Positions 1-11,656 of a DNA stretch of 49,124 nucleotides are shown here, one piece after another. The notes under the pieces are model-generated. The model did no database searches, was not told where the DNA came from, and was given only the letters and a program-made list of their open reading frames with translations. The first letter of the stretch is position 1, and every line of letters begins with the position of its first letter. The stretch is taken from contig FLMG01004613.1 in NCBI GenBank assembly GCA_900088475.1, forward strand, positions 1 to 49,124. The letters are read 5' to 3'. The position numbers were made by a program, and so were the translations under genes. Origin of the DNA: Hyphochytrium catenoides (lineage: Eukaryota > Protista > Hyphochytriomycota).

Positions 1-400
1 TTTGTCTCTCTCTCTGTCTATTCTCCTCTTTCTCTCTGTGTCTTTCCGTGTATCTCTGTTATAGGTCCTGGTTAGAGGATAGAGTGTAGGGTAGGTGAAG
101 CTGGGTGACGATGACTCTTCGTCGTCTCTGTCGCAGTTCAGTTTCTTCGCTAACTCCTTTAACCAAAAAAGAAGTGAAAAGTCAGCAGCCTCCTCTCACG
201 CAGCAGCAGCTCTGGGCGGCAATAGCCTCTGACTCCTTGCTTCTGCTTACACTGTTACCGTGTGGTTCTCTCTCCTTCTGCCTGTATCTCTCTATCTTTT
301 CTCCCTCTCCCTCTCTCTCTCTCCCTCTCTCTCTCCCCCTCTCTCTCTCCTCTCTTTCTCTTCCTTTTGTCCCTTGTCTCTCTTCTCTACAAGTACCAGG
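1..400. repeat. CT-rich low-complexity/microsatellite region
   Basis: Runs of (CT)n/(CCT)n at 1-60 and ~265-390. The overlapping Ser/Leu-rich ORFs are artefacts of this composition. Confidence 0.8.
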
Positions 401-882
401 TATCCAAAAGCCTCAAGTATTGTAAGGATGATTCTGATCTGTCACAAGGGACCGCCATTTCCCACGTGGACAATCAATGGCCCACTGGTCCACCGTACAG
501 GTGACTGGCTTAGCAAGGGATTTATTATCCTTCAAGAACCCAGAGCTCCTCCTGGAGTTTAGGGTGGATGATGATAGGGTGGAATAGGATTGAGTAACAA
601 GGGCGTTGTGTAAACCACACATCCTTGCTGGAGGCGGCATACCTTAGGACTGAGGGAAGCATAACTCTTTGGCACTCTGTCTCTCCTCTGGCTTTCCTCT
701 CTTTCGCTGTAATCCTCTCAACGATGACCGAATCTGTCTCTCAGAGATCATTTCTTAGTTGTCTCTAGTCCTCTCTCTTCTTCGATTGAAGCCTCATTAT
801 ATCTGTCTGTCACTCTGTCTTGCGATTTTCCCGTGTTCTCACCTCTTCCGACGATCTATCTCTTTCCTGCATCTGTTGACTA

Positions 883-903
883 CAGCAGCAGCAGCAGCAG
901 CAG
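883..903 (+). repeat. (CAG)7 trinucleotide microsatellite
   Basis: cagcagcagcagcagcagcag seen directly. Confidence 0.85.
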
Positions 904-1512
904 AGACCAGCGCAGCATCCTCAGAGCATCATCAGAATCTTTGTTGCCTGCCGTCCTCGTTGCTTCTTTGTCTCCAGAGCCGCGAGCGGGAACCCTAGGA
1001 AAGACGCTGCGGCGCCAAGGAGACAACATACGCCATTGGCAGAGCGAGAGACAGAGAGAGAGTGTGAGGGCGAGAGCAGGTGAGGGAGGAGGCTACGCAC
1101 GGAGCTAGCTAAGAGAAAAGGCATTCTAAGAGTTCGTTGTCAAGGTAAGAGAACGTCTATAAAGAGACGCAGAAGAGAGGTGCAGGGAGAGCAGCGCGGG
1201 ATAAGGAATATAAGAAGGACAGGTGACTTGTCTAGCCGCGAGAGGGAGTACAAGAGGGGCAGACCACTACTTATATGAGAAAGAAGAGCCATTACAAAGC
1301 ATGAGAGTGTCAGTGTATCAAGCGGCGAGGGGCTGCTGATACTCTGCATACGCATCCATAGTATCTCCCGCCTTCCAACCATCTTGTACCCGCTGTCTTC
1401 TGTGCATACTCGCCATTCTAACCTAGCTCAATTCTTTTCTCCCGACCAGCAGGTCTCTCTTCTGGATGAAAGTTCTCACTCTTCTCTTTGACTGGCAAGC
1501 AGAGGTGCCTCA

Positions 1513-4220
1513 ATGATCCGCACCACTTTAGCTAGAGCAAGGAGGGAGAGCTCCTCTCTTTGGAATAGAAGGGACCCTCTGGCTCTCGTAGCTCGTATGT
1601 GTTGCCTAATCTTCCCTTCTGTCCGCTATAGTTCCGTCTACAAGTTTGCCCTTTCGACTCCACCAAGCTCATTCTTCTGTTGCTATTTCCTTCTGTTGCT
1701 ATTTCCTTCTGTTGCTGCTATCTGCCAGTGGATCCTTGCTTCGGCTAACTCCTCTCCCCGTATTTCTTCTGAAGAATTAGTCGTTTGGAGCTGACCCCAT
1801 TTCTATATGTAGGCCTCCCTAAGGAGCGCTTCGTCTGTCGTCACGTGGTTAGTCTTTCACGAGATGATCAAGAAAGGCGACAACGTCTACGTAGAACCAC
1901 TGAGCAGTTGATCAAGGGAGTGTTGGAGGGACACAGAGCCTCCTTGAGCCGCGCGATCACACTCGGTAAGGGACATGTCAGGCATCAGCGCTACCTTAGT
2001 CACCCTACAGCACAGCCTGAATGACATCTTGTTTGGTCTTTTCGATGGCTTACCTAGTATTCTGTTTGTATGGGCTTACTCTTCAAACTATCTCTCTTGC
2101 CCCTGTCATCCTTTGGGTCTGGCCTCCAGTGGAGTCCACCCGTTCAGATCACAAGGATGAGGCAGAGGTACTCTTGAATACAGTTCTAAAGAAAAGAAGG
2201 GAAACTGGCGCCCAGCGGAGCTTCAGACTGGGCATTGCAGGTCCACCAGGAGCTGGGAAGTCAACCTTTATTGAGGCGATCGGGCTAAAGCTAGCGGATA
2301 GTGGGCACAGGGTGGCCGTGTTGGCAATAGGTGGGCTATGGCTTTTTATAAGTCCCATTCATTTGTAGTAGGCATTTCTCTGCTTTTCCCGTGCTAGCTC
2401 AGTCTCGTTGGACGCTTTGCTTTCTCCTCTCTGCCCCTTGCTGGATGTCTAGATTGTGATTTCTGTTCGCCTAGCGTCTTCGCTTCTCAGCAGTGCCACT
2501 TGCCATATAGGGTTTTCTCATCCTCATCTCTTCGGCCTAGTACGCGGAAGTAAACTTCCTGACGGTTCTCTACTCCGAATCCCGCCCTTCTGCTAAAGAG
2601 GCCATCGTATTCTAGACCTTTCTCGTCTATGCCGGCTATATGTTCCTGTTCGTTCTTAGCCGTCCTATTTCTGTTAATGTGAGCGTTGAACTAACCTATA
2701 CTGTTTCTAATACAGATCCATCGTCAACCGTAACTGGTGGATCCATCCTGGGCGACAAAACTCGGATGGAGAAGCTCTCCAATCATCGGCAGGCCTTTGT
2801 TCGTCCATCGCCTACTGCAGGAGCATTAGGTAGAGTACCTCTCTGTGTCGTCGTCATTGTGCCTTTAAGCTCAGTCAATTATTGCGACACCCTCTTGGTC
2901 AGTCTTCCCATCCTTATATAAAACATCAATCTCTTCTCCTAGCATATCTGTTTATTGCCCGGAAGCCTCTGCAATGACCACACTCTCATTCACGTCTACT
3001 CTTTCTTCAGGAGGTGTGGCCCGAACGACGAACGACACAGTACTTCTCTGTGAAGGTGCCGGCTATGACATTGTCTTAGTAGAGACAGTAGGGCTGGGCC
3101 AGTCTGAGGTGGTCGTAGACGACACTGTGGACATGCTGATGCTACTCCTCCCTCCAGCGGCGGGAGACGATCTCCAAGGAGTAAAGAAAGGGATTATGGA
3201 GCATGCTGATATCGTTGTCGTGAACAAGGCTGACGGAGACCTATTAAGGTGCGAAACACGAAGAACGCGGGGGCGGAGACTTCTCTGCCTATCACAGAGA
3301 ACTATACAAAGCCTAAAAATTGTCAGTGGGCTCGCAGTGACTCAGTAGCCTTACTTGACGGGTTGAGCTTAGCGGATAATGCGAGACCTTAGAAATACTC
3401 ACGAGGGTCTCTTGATCACACAGAGCTGCCAGGGACACCGCAACGGACTATATGCATGCGCTGCAACTGACCCGAAGAAAAAGTCTGTCATGGAAGCCAA
3501 TGGTGCCCCAAACCAACATTTTCGTCGTCTCGGCATACACAGCCAAGTCTAATACTAGCTTACTTCTAGGTCCGCATGGTGTCAGCTAGAGAGCAAAAAG
3601 GTCTGGACAAGGTCTGGGAGGAAGTGGAGAACTTTCAGAAGGTGATGTGGGCTTCGGGAGAGGTAAGTGGCCATACGCGCAGGGGTTAGACAGAAAGAGG
3701 TTTTGAGAGGCTAGGAGCAGCAGAGATTGCATTGTATTCACCCCGCTCCTGTTGCGGTCTGTTCCATTCGTTCTTAACTTGCAGCTTGAAAGGAAGCGAA
3801 TCCACCAGAATAGAGTGTGGATGTGGTCACAGTTGCAAGAGATGGTAGCGATATCTCATTGAACCCTATCTTCTTGTCTCCCCTATGCGTCTAGCAAAAC
3901 CTAACGCTCTTTGTCTGGCTCAAATGTATTGGTCGCTTAGTGAGGACCTTGGCTGTCTTTTCGACTCTCTCGTCTTTTCGTACCTAAACCCTATCACTCA
4001 CTCCATATTCCTGCCCAACACTGAAGTCTTGACATTTGTCTCTTCTCTGATTTTCTAATGACAGCTGATGGACCGCGCCAAGCATGACTCAGAGTTACAA
4101 AGTACAGCTTCCCGGTTAGAGAGAGATCTGGCTGCAGGGCGCATGACACCAAGAAAAGCTGCGCACTTCCTTGTTGACCGTATTTATCCATCTCAAAGCC
4201 CCAGCCACTCCTCTTCTTAG
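1513..4220 (+). CDS. MMAA: Methylmalonic aciduria type A / MeaB (ArgK-family) GTPase, chaperone of methylmalonyl-CoA mutase; probably mitochondrial; 9 exons
   Basis: Exons 1513-1594, 1813-1965, 2130-2330, 2716-2829, 3011-3248, 3424-3502, 3570-3662, 3785-3844 and 4065-4220 join in frame over GT-AG introns. Motifs: [22 protein letters not shown] (P-loop), [56 protein letters not shown]. The N-terminus is Arg/Ser-rich. Confidence 0.95.
1675..1717 (+). repeat. 16-bp tandem repeat (ttctgttgctatttcc) x~2.7 in MMAA intron 1
   Basis: ttctgttgctatttcc ttctgttgctatttcc ttctgttgct seen directly. Confidence 0.85.
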
Positions 4221-4487
4221 GGCCGTTTCTATGCCTCTTCTAACAACGGAAGTAAAGGACTGCCCTACCAATTTTCCATTCAGCCCTTGGCCGTCCTTGC
4301 CGCTCAGAATCATCTCACCGACCCTATCAACTTTGCTTGACTTCGATAAGTTATCTACGAGATCTTAGTCTCGTTTGAGACACTGTCCACGATGTTGCCA
4401 TTCTGATTTGTGGAACGACATTGAGTACTCTGGCCTGTTACCACGCTTTGACCCCGAATCGTGCAACATATGTTGCTTGACCAAGTG

Positions 4488-6502
4488 CTAGAGAGTAGAC
4501 AAGCTCGTCTCTCTCTCCGAGCCTGATCCCCTATCGTCCCGAGGTACAATCAGCTTGTACCGTATGTTCTGGAGCCAACCTCTATCGAACCGATTGACAA
4601 TTCTGCCAGCCCGGTCTCTCATATACTCATACTTCCTAAAGTTGATCATCTCGTTGGTGGTCACGCCTGAGAGCATGAGATACAGATGGAAGCCCAGCAT
4701 GTTCGCAACAAAGAGAACAAAGATCAGGTAGTTCACCCAGAGTATTATCATAGACCACGTCCAGCCATACTCTCTCATGTAGAGAAAAAGAGAGAAGTCC
4801 AGTTGGCATAGAGAGAAAATTGCGAAGAAGAGATAGCCAAAAAAGAACGGATAGTTCTTCCTCCCGACGCAGTTATCTATGTATGGACAATGGTGGTCGA
4901 ACTCGAAGACACAGCGCTTGCACATGCGACAGTGCTTGCTTCGCAATGGTCTCTGCACGTGACAGGTGTGACACAGAGGTCTCGATATGTCAACCTCCGC
5001 TAGTACGGCCGCGTCCTCCCCGGAAGAAGCCTCTCCAATGCGGCCAATGGCGTACTCATATTCTCTACGATGTTCTCCGGTTTTGGAGACGTACCCAGCT
5101 TCTGAATAGTGAGCCTTATAGAGAAAGCCATTCATCCCTAGGTTGGCGATAGCCACACAGAGCCAGTTGAAGACAGAGTATTCCAGTCCAGTGCTTAGAA
5201 GAGTCCAGTACAGATAGTAAGCAAAGATGGTCTCTGATATAACGATGTAGAAAGGCAAACGGCTGGTCTCCCACCAGCCCAGAGGATTCCACCGCTGCAC
5301 AGTAGCCTTTGAGCTCAAAAAGCGAGCTACTTCCCTACGTCCCGCTACCTTGGCAAGCTCTAAAGGAGTCCTCCCTTTTGCGTCCTTTACGCTGAGGTCC
5401 GAATCCACCTCGTTAACCAGATATTTCACGGTATCAACGTTGCCTCTCATCGCTGCAAGATGTAGAGGTGTCTGGCCAAAGTTATCGGGTGCATCTATTT
5501 TCAGTCCTAGGTACTGGAAGATAGAGACAACCTGCTCGTTGCCCTTGTAAGCCGCCCAATGAAGGGCCGTATCCCCGTCCGCGTCCACGAGCTTGACGTC
5601 AGCGCCTTTTTTTATGAGATAAAGAACTAGCAACGGGTGGCCATACTGGGCAGCAACCAAGGTCGGGCTCCTTCGTTTGACTGGATCCACCCTAGTGAAT
5701 GACAGATCACCCAAGAAAAGGGCCACCGAAGAGGAAGATCAGAGACGAGATGGAAAGTAGTCAAGCCTCTTACGGCACGAGTCGGCCCTAGAGATGCGGA
5801 GGAAAAAGAGAAAAACGAAGAGAGAAAGACGGAGATAGAATGAAAGAGAGACACAAGGAGAGAGAAAGCAAAAGAGGACAACGGGAAAAGTTCAAGGACA
5901 GTTATGACAGTAAATTTTAGAGAGATCTGGAAGACGGCGGAGCACCAAGTAGTCGCGAGGCGCGCAAGATAGCAGAAGAGGCTTAGAGCGCTGCTCAAAG
6001 CAAGAGAGAAGAAGTGATATGATGACGGGAGTGGAGAACGGGCCTACCGATTGGCATCTATTCCAGCAACAGAAACTAGAAAATGCAGGGCATTGAGACT
6101 GCCGCTGGCACAGGCCCAATGTATCGGATGCATGCCGACCTCATCCGGTGTGGGCTGGTCCACTTCTACCTTTTGCTCCCAGAGGATCCGAAGTACCGGT
6201 ACATTATCAGCCTGAGCAGCCCAGTGAGCCAGCGTATAGCCCTGTCTGTCGGTAGAGTGAAGAATTGCGGGCCCGCCAAGGTCTAGGAACTCCTTGAAGC
6301 GGGCGTGATCTCTCTGCTTCGTGGCTTCGAAAATGTCCATAGGAATTGGGGTCGCAGGCACTGGAGGGCAACAACTGCCATTTGCACCATTTGTCTGATG
6401 AGAGTGAGAGTGACGGGTGTGATGCTCTGGATGGTTTTGGTGGAAGTTGCTGCCCTCGGAATGTGAGCATTGAGAGCTGTGCTGGTGGCTGTGACCCAAC
6501 AT
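4488..6502 (-). CDS. Ankyrin-repeat DHHC protein S-acyltransferase (Akr1/ZDHHC17-like architecture); 2 exons
   Basis: Exons 6502-6048 and 5691-4488, phase-compatible GT-AG intron. Ankyrin motifs GYTLAHWAA, GMHPIHWAC, GDTALHWAA, GQTPLHLAA. Cys-rich domain [34 protein letters not shown]. TM helices and the TTNE motif follow. Confidence 0.95.
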
Positions 6503-7120
6503 GCTGTCACCACCGTCCGCGCTCAGTTTGCGCCTCTATTGCCCACAATAGTGGCAGAAACCCCAGAAATCAAGCGATTCTAGCAGAGATAGACGACAAG
6601 GACTTTCAATCGATGCACAGCGTTCCTCCAGTTGACGAGTATGAGGCGCTATCACTGACTCTGCCGTCTCCCTTATCGATAGTGTTCCCATTAACGCCTG
6701 AACCGGCCTGCTTTGTCTGCCAGAGGCCAGAGCGTGACAGACAGCATCACCAGCTGGTCTATCTCTGTCGATGTGGCGGCGATGGTCAGCAAGTCGCTCA
6801 GTAGTATCATCTTATCATCTTTATCATCCTCTGCTTGCGATCCGACCGACCCTGGAAGGGGAAACGGTTTGTCACAACGTGTGAAGCTGCACTCCTGGAG
6901 GCGATCTGAAAAGATGATGTAGATGATGATGATCAATTATTGGAGAATCTTCAAAAAGTAAAAGTCTACGAGACGATAGTGAGAAGGTAATGAAGGAGAC
7001 CAGAGCTACGGAGTCTCAATGTTATACTCTCTCCCGTCGAACGTCATCATTATCAGAGAAGGAAGAGTTATTATGTCGAATTCCTGAGCAATAACAATGG
7101 CAGGAGGATTAAGGAAAGAA

Positions 7121-7433
7121 AGACACCAGGACCATCATCACTTTCTGCCAGAAGGAGAGGAGAGAACGATCCAGCTGCCAGAGACTACATTGAGAGAAAG
7201 AAAGGACAATATTGAAGGGGAAGAAGAGAAGAGATACACCAGGACCATCATCACCTTCTGCCAGAAGCAGAGGAGAGAACGATCAAGCTGCTAGAGTCTG
7301 CATTAAGAGAAAGAAAGGACAATAGTGGAGAACAAGAGAAGAGAGACACCAGGACCATCATCACTTTCTGCCAGAAGCAGAGGAGAGAACGATCAAGCTG
7401 CTAGAGTCTGTATTAAGAAAGAGAAAGAAAGGA
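7121..7433. repeat. Intergenic tandem repeat, ~110-113-bp unit, ~3 copies
   Basis: The unit acaccaggaccatcatcac(t/c)ttctgccagaag(g/c)agaggagagaacgatc.agctgc.agag.ct..att.aga starts at ~7121, ~7234 and ~7344. Confidence 0.92.
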
Positions 7434-7719
7434 AAATGAAATTGATGGAATATAAAGAAGGTAGAATAGAAAAGAAGAAGCTAAGAAACGACGGCCAAGG
7501 TTACTTGGACCCTCCACTCGCTCTCCATCACCAGGAGTCAAAGTTGATTTGTAGTCATTAGGCTTATTCTTTATCGAGACCGAGAGCCCATGCTATGAGA
7601 GCCAATGAAGCCAGAAGCAAAGACTCGGAGGAAGGGCCAGGAGCGCCTGGCGAGCTCAGCTATGGGTCGCGACGGCATTTATCCTTCTAACGGTTTACTT
7701 GCTTGCAATTGCAAAACTT

Positions 7720-10627
7720 TCATTGTAATGCCTGCAGATGGTTGGGCGACTGCTCGTATAAGGTCTTTAGGATAAAGGCTTGAGACAGCAACACCTCAAC
7801 CTCCTTCAAGCCCCAATCCTGCGTAGGTAGACTCTGAATGAACAGCAGAAGCTCCGAGAAGGCCATTTTCTGTTAGACAGAGGAAAGAATATAGGATTAA
7901 TTCAACTGACAAGGTATTTGCATCTTCTATAAGGAGAAGGAAAAGGGTTCACGGTGTAAAGTTTGACGACTGTGGTGGAAGGGATCGCTGGTATGCCCAG
8001 ACCGAATTGGCGTACTGACCTTAAGTCTCGCAGACCAAGTGAGCAGGAAAGCAGCGCAGACATAGACATGGAAGTTCTCGAATCCGTTTGGCTCCGATAA
8101 ATAAGTGTCCCACAGCCGTACAATGCAGTCCAGACTAAGCTCGCGCATCAGCAAGCAGTTCATCCATCTGAATAGGAGGATTTTGGCATTAGCGGGCCGG
8201 AAGGGAGGCTTAAGAGCCGAGAGAGAGCCAGAAATATAAGTCGTTCAGCGTCAGCAACAGCAGAAGGAGGAGAGTGCGAACAAGGTCGCGCAGCGTCTTC
8301 AATTCGTAGGACGTAGTCTTCTGTCAGCAGAGAAAACCTAAAGAATGGTTTACAGTCCTCACCTAAACGCAAACTGAATGAATTGCAGTCCTTCGTTGAG
8401 CAAATGTTCGTGAAGTTTCGCTGTCAACCATAAGCAGTCAGGAATAAGAAACATGCATAAGCAGTACGGAACAAGAGGCCATGAGAGTCAGACTTACGTT
8501 ATAAGATACATCAGGAGATCCGAAGCAGATGGTGGAAGACGAATGGAGAGGGGTCCATAACTTACCGTCCACTCTTTGAATAAGCTCCTCTAGCCTCTGT
8601 ACCATCCTTTGTAATCCTGGCTGGGAAAAGGTGTAATGGTCTTGGATCCCGTCAAGCAACTTGGTAAGACACCAATAGCAATCAGCCTCTACGCTTTCAA
8701 GGATCCGCGAATCCAGCTTGGCAACATCGCATGACTTGGCGTCACCCTCTTCAAGTCAACACGATATCAGGCCAGGCAAACGGTGGAATATAAGCATATG
8801 ACTTGGAAAAAAGGCATAAATGTGCAGTAAGAACGATAGAATGGAGAAATAGCTGCTAGAACAGCTCCTGGCGGAGGAGAGCTCCCCCCATGGCCCAATG
8901 CCAACGCATTAAGACCAGGAAAGCAATCACATAGTCGGGAACGTATAGAACGCCTAACGCAAAAGGTATACGCAGCCAGATTGTTCAAGTCGAGGGACAC
9001 CAAGCGATAATCTCTGACTTACGGACGTGCAGGGAGAGGAAGACCAAGAAGAGCGGTGTTGCCAAGTCATTGATGCCCTGAACGTAGCCCGAGGCCGGGT
9101 GTCGTACTGCCCATATGTACAGAATTCGTTCTAAAGACTTTAGACGGCGTTAGATTTCAGTTGTATCGCGAGACGGCGCCGAGACACGTTAGCAGAGGCC
9201 ATCTCTCCTATTCCACCCTGCAAAAGTTGCCTTGCTGTCCTCACCCTTTGGACTAGTTCTTGATGGAACAGCGGGATATCCGGATGAGTCCTAGGTATGT
9301 CTACTAAAATCTGTCACAGACACGATCAGACGCTTTATCACCGCATCAAAGGAAGGAGGAGCTATGAGAGGCATACAAGTGCAGCCACACGAGTGGGAGT
9401 CAAGGGAAAGGTACAGACGGTAGAAAAACTGTGCGTAAGACATGCGCACAAATCTGCGATCAGAGCAGTCTAGAAACCTGTCTTAGGATGTTTTGCTCCT
9501 GCACCGTACGCTCGCTTTCTGATATGTTGAAGTACTGAGGAACAGCACCGGCGTACTCTGCTCTCTTCCGCTTCACTGTAACCTGTCGTCGGTCCTTGTT
9601 TACCGGCTGATAACCCTAAGAATATGACCAGGGGTCAATACGACTAGACACAGACAAGTGCCACACGAACCGTGTACCTCCCCTTTCCCTTATGGAGAAT
9701 ATGGTGAAAAATGCCGAGACGCTTACCAACAAGAGCTGCCAGGTCATGGGCCTTGCCTGCGGAACGACCCCATTCCAAGCTAGCTCACGCAGTTGATCTG
9801 AGCATGTGTAGAGGAGGTTAGCAGCCGTCCACAAGGGCATGTGGGAGACAGAAGTTATGCCGACAACTGACCAATCTCAATCATGTCGTTTGAAAGAACC
9901 TGATGGAACTTGAGCTCCCTGTACCGTTGAGAGCCCTCGCTGGTCGCAGAAGGAGCTGGCGGGGGTCCAGGTATGAACTCATCGTCTGCGCTCGAGAGTA
10001 AGCTACTTGCTCGTTGCCGTTGATCCGCCAGCTCAAGGTCTGACATGGCCTCCTGCGCTTTTGTCACTTGTTCCTCATCGTGCTCACGGCCAACCATATT
10101 AGCACTCGCTGTTGTCTCGTTCCCACTCGCAGGCGGGGCCGCAGGAGGAAAGGGATTTGCGGCGGCCGCGGCCGCCGTCGCGGAATTTGGAGCGCTGCGG
10201 AATGGTTGACGACGGGTTAGAGATTAAGCCATATAATGAGCTAGGCTCAAAAGCTAGCATAGTGAGAAGCAGCTAGGAATAACATAACCTTAACCTAGCT
10301 TTCGAAATAGCAGCTCATTATTAACAGGTGAGGTTTTATGTTGGCTCACCTAGAAGGCGGACTCGGGGAAGTGTACCATGGCATTTGATCACCTCGAATG
10401 GGCTTGACAGACCCTGGCAGCTTAGACTTGCCCTTGCTAAAGAACGTTGAGGACTGAGACCCAATAGAGTCCTTTGACTTTGAGCTCTTGAAGACCTTAA
10501 GTGCCTGTTTGAAGGGATTACTGCTGCCGCCTGATTTGTCCCCAGTAGATGAGACTTCTGACGACTGTTCGTCAAACTCCTCCTCATGGTCTTCTGATGG
10601 GAGACCGTGCTCTGTGGATGGCTGCAT
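7720..10627 (-). CDS. TBC1D22: TBC-domain Rab GTPase-activating protein, TBC1D22/Gyp1-like; multi-exon
   Basis: Spliced exons give LRELAWNGV-ARPMTWQLLLGY, ILRQILVDIPRTHP (IxxDxxR Arg finger), LERILYIWAVRHPASGYVQGINDL (YxQ Gln finger), VEADCYWCLTKLLDGIQDHY, WMNCLLMREL-RLWDTYLSE, FHVYVCAAFL and LLSQAFILK. Stop TGA at 7720-7722. The start ATG at 10627 is less certain. Confidence 0.92.
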
Positions 10628-11656
10628 ATTCCTGGCGCTTCCTATTCACCTACCTAACGTGACTGTGCCTCCTCGGCCGAACCGTTCAGCAGAAGGTGGA
10701 CTCATCCATTCCGCACCAATACGCTCCTGGCTGACCTAGTTCTATGGCTTATGGCTCTTCTGATACTCCGGCTCTGGTTCTGGACTACGCAACGCGGCGC
10801 AGGCTAGCAAAAGGCTGCTTGTTGCCAGAGAAGATGCTTCTCCAGCGAGAACCAAAGGAGTGCGATGGCCTGGGGCCTGAAGGCAGCAGCAGGATGGGCC
10901 GATACTCACGCAGATCGGTCATCGAATCTGAAAGAGCTAGGATTTTACTGCATTTCCCTAGGAAACGACCACAGATTGAAGACAACAAACCGCCAGAGGC
11001 ACCCTTGAAGGCAGAGGGAGGTAGATTCGGAATAGCTAAGCTCGGAGGCCTTAGATAAGGGCATATATGCAGTCTTTATCCGGAATTACAGCAACGGTGC
11101 CCTTACCCTAAGGTTTTTTCTTGTTTAGCCTTGCGTTTGATGATGTTTTTGCTTTATCGGTTGATTATATTAGGAAAATCAAAGGCTTAGAGTCTCTTCA
11201 AGGGTATGTTTTCTATTGTTCACAGAGACGGAGGAAGCTCTCTTCTTCATTGCTGCGCGCTCGATGATGCTGACTATTTCTCTCTATCCTTCTGCCGATG
11301 TGTCGGTCTCATCACAGCGCGTCCAAGTAATCATGCTGATCTACAGCTCTAGCAGCCAGATATTCGACCTTAGTTCATGCTCAGTTCTATCTATAGCTTC
11401 CTCTATACGCTATCATCAAGCAGTCTGGCCGTAGTGGCCCATAGAGCCAGCGGAAGTGGACCTATATAGACAAGAATATTGTTCTCCGGTCAGTGCGCAA
11501 TCTACTTCTTTGCTGGCGTTGCTTTCGAGGGTGTACGTTGAGAATACTACCCTGACACATTTGATGGTTAACCTTCTCTTGCGTTCTGATGTCCAGTCTT
11601 CTGACGGATGTACTATAAATAAGACTGTGAGAGCCCTTATGGCCCTTTAATAAGGC

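Noticed and set aside
568-653. Possible box C/D snoRNA (ATGATGA ... CTGA, ~85 nt)
   Set aside because: There is no clear terminal stem, and the putative guide matches the LSU rRNA TAAGGTAGC region only partially. Such boxes occur by chance; it would need snoscan/Rfam support.
105-1382. Several 70-106 aa ORFs at the window start
   Set aside because: They derive from CT/GA/CAG low-complexity sequence and have no recognisable domain or splice-consistent structure.
7121-7433. CRISPR-like repeat/spacer appearance
   Set aside because: The context is eukaryotic, the units are ~110 bp, the 'spacers' are homologous to each other, and there are no cas genes.
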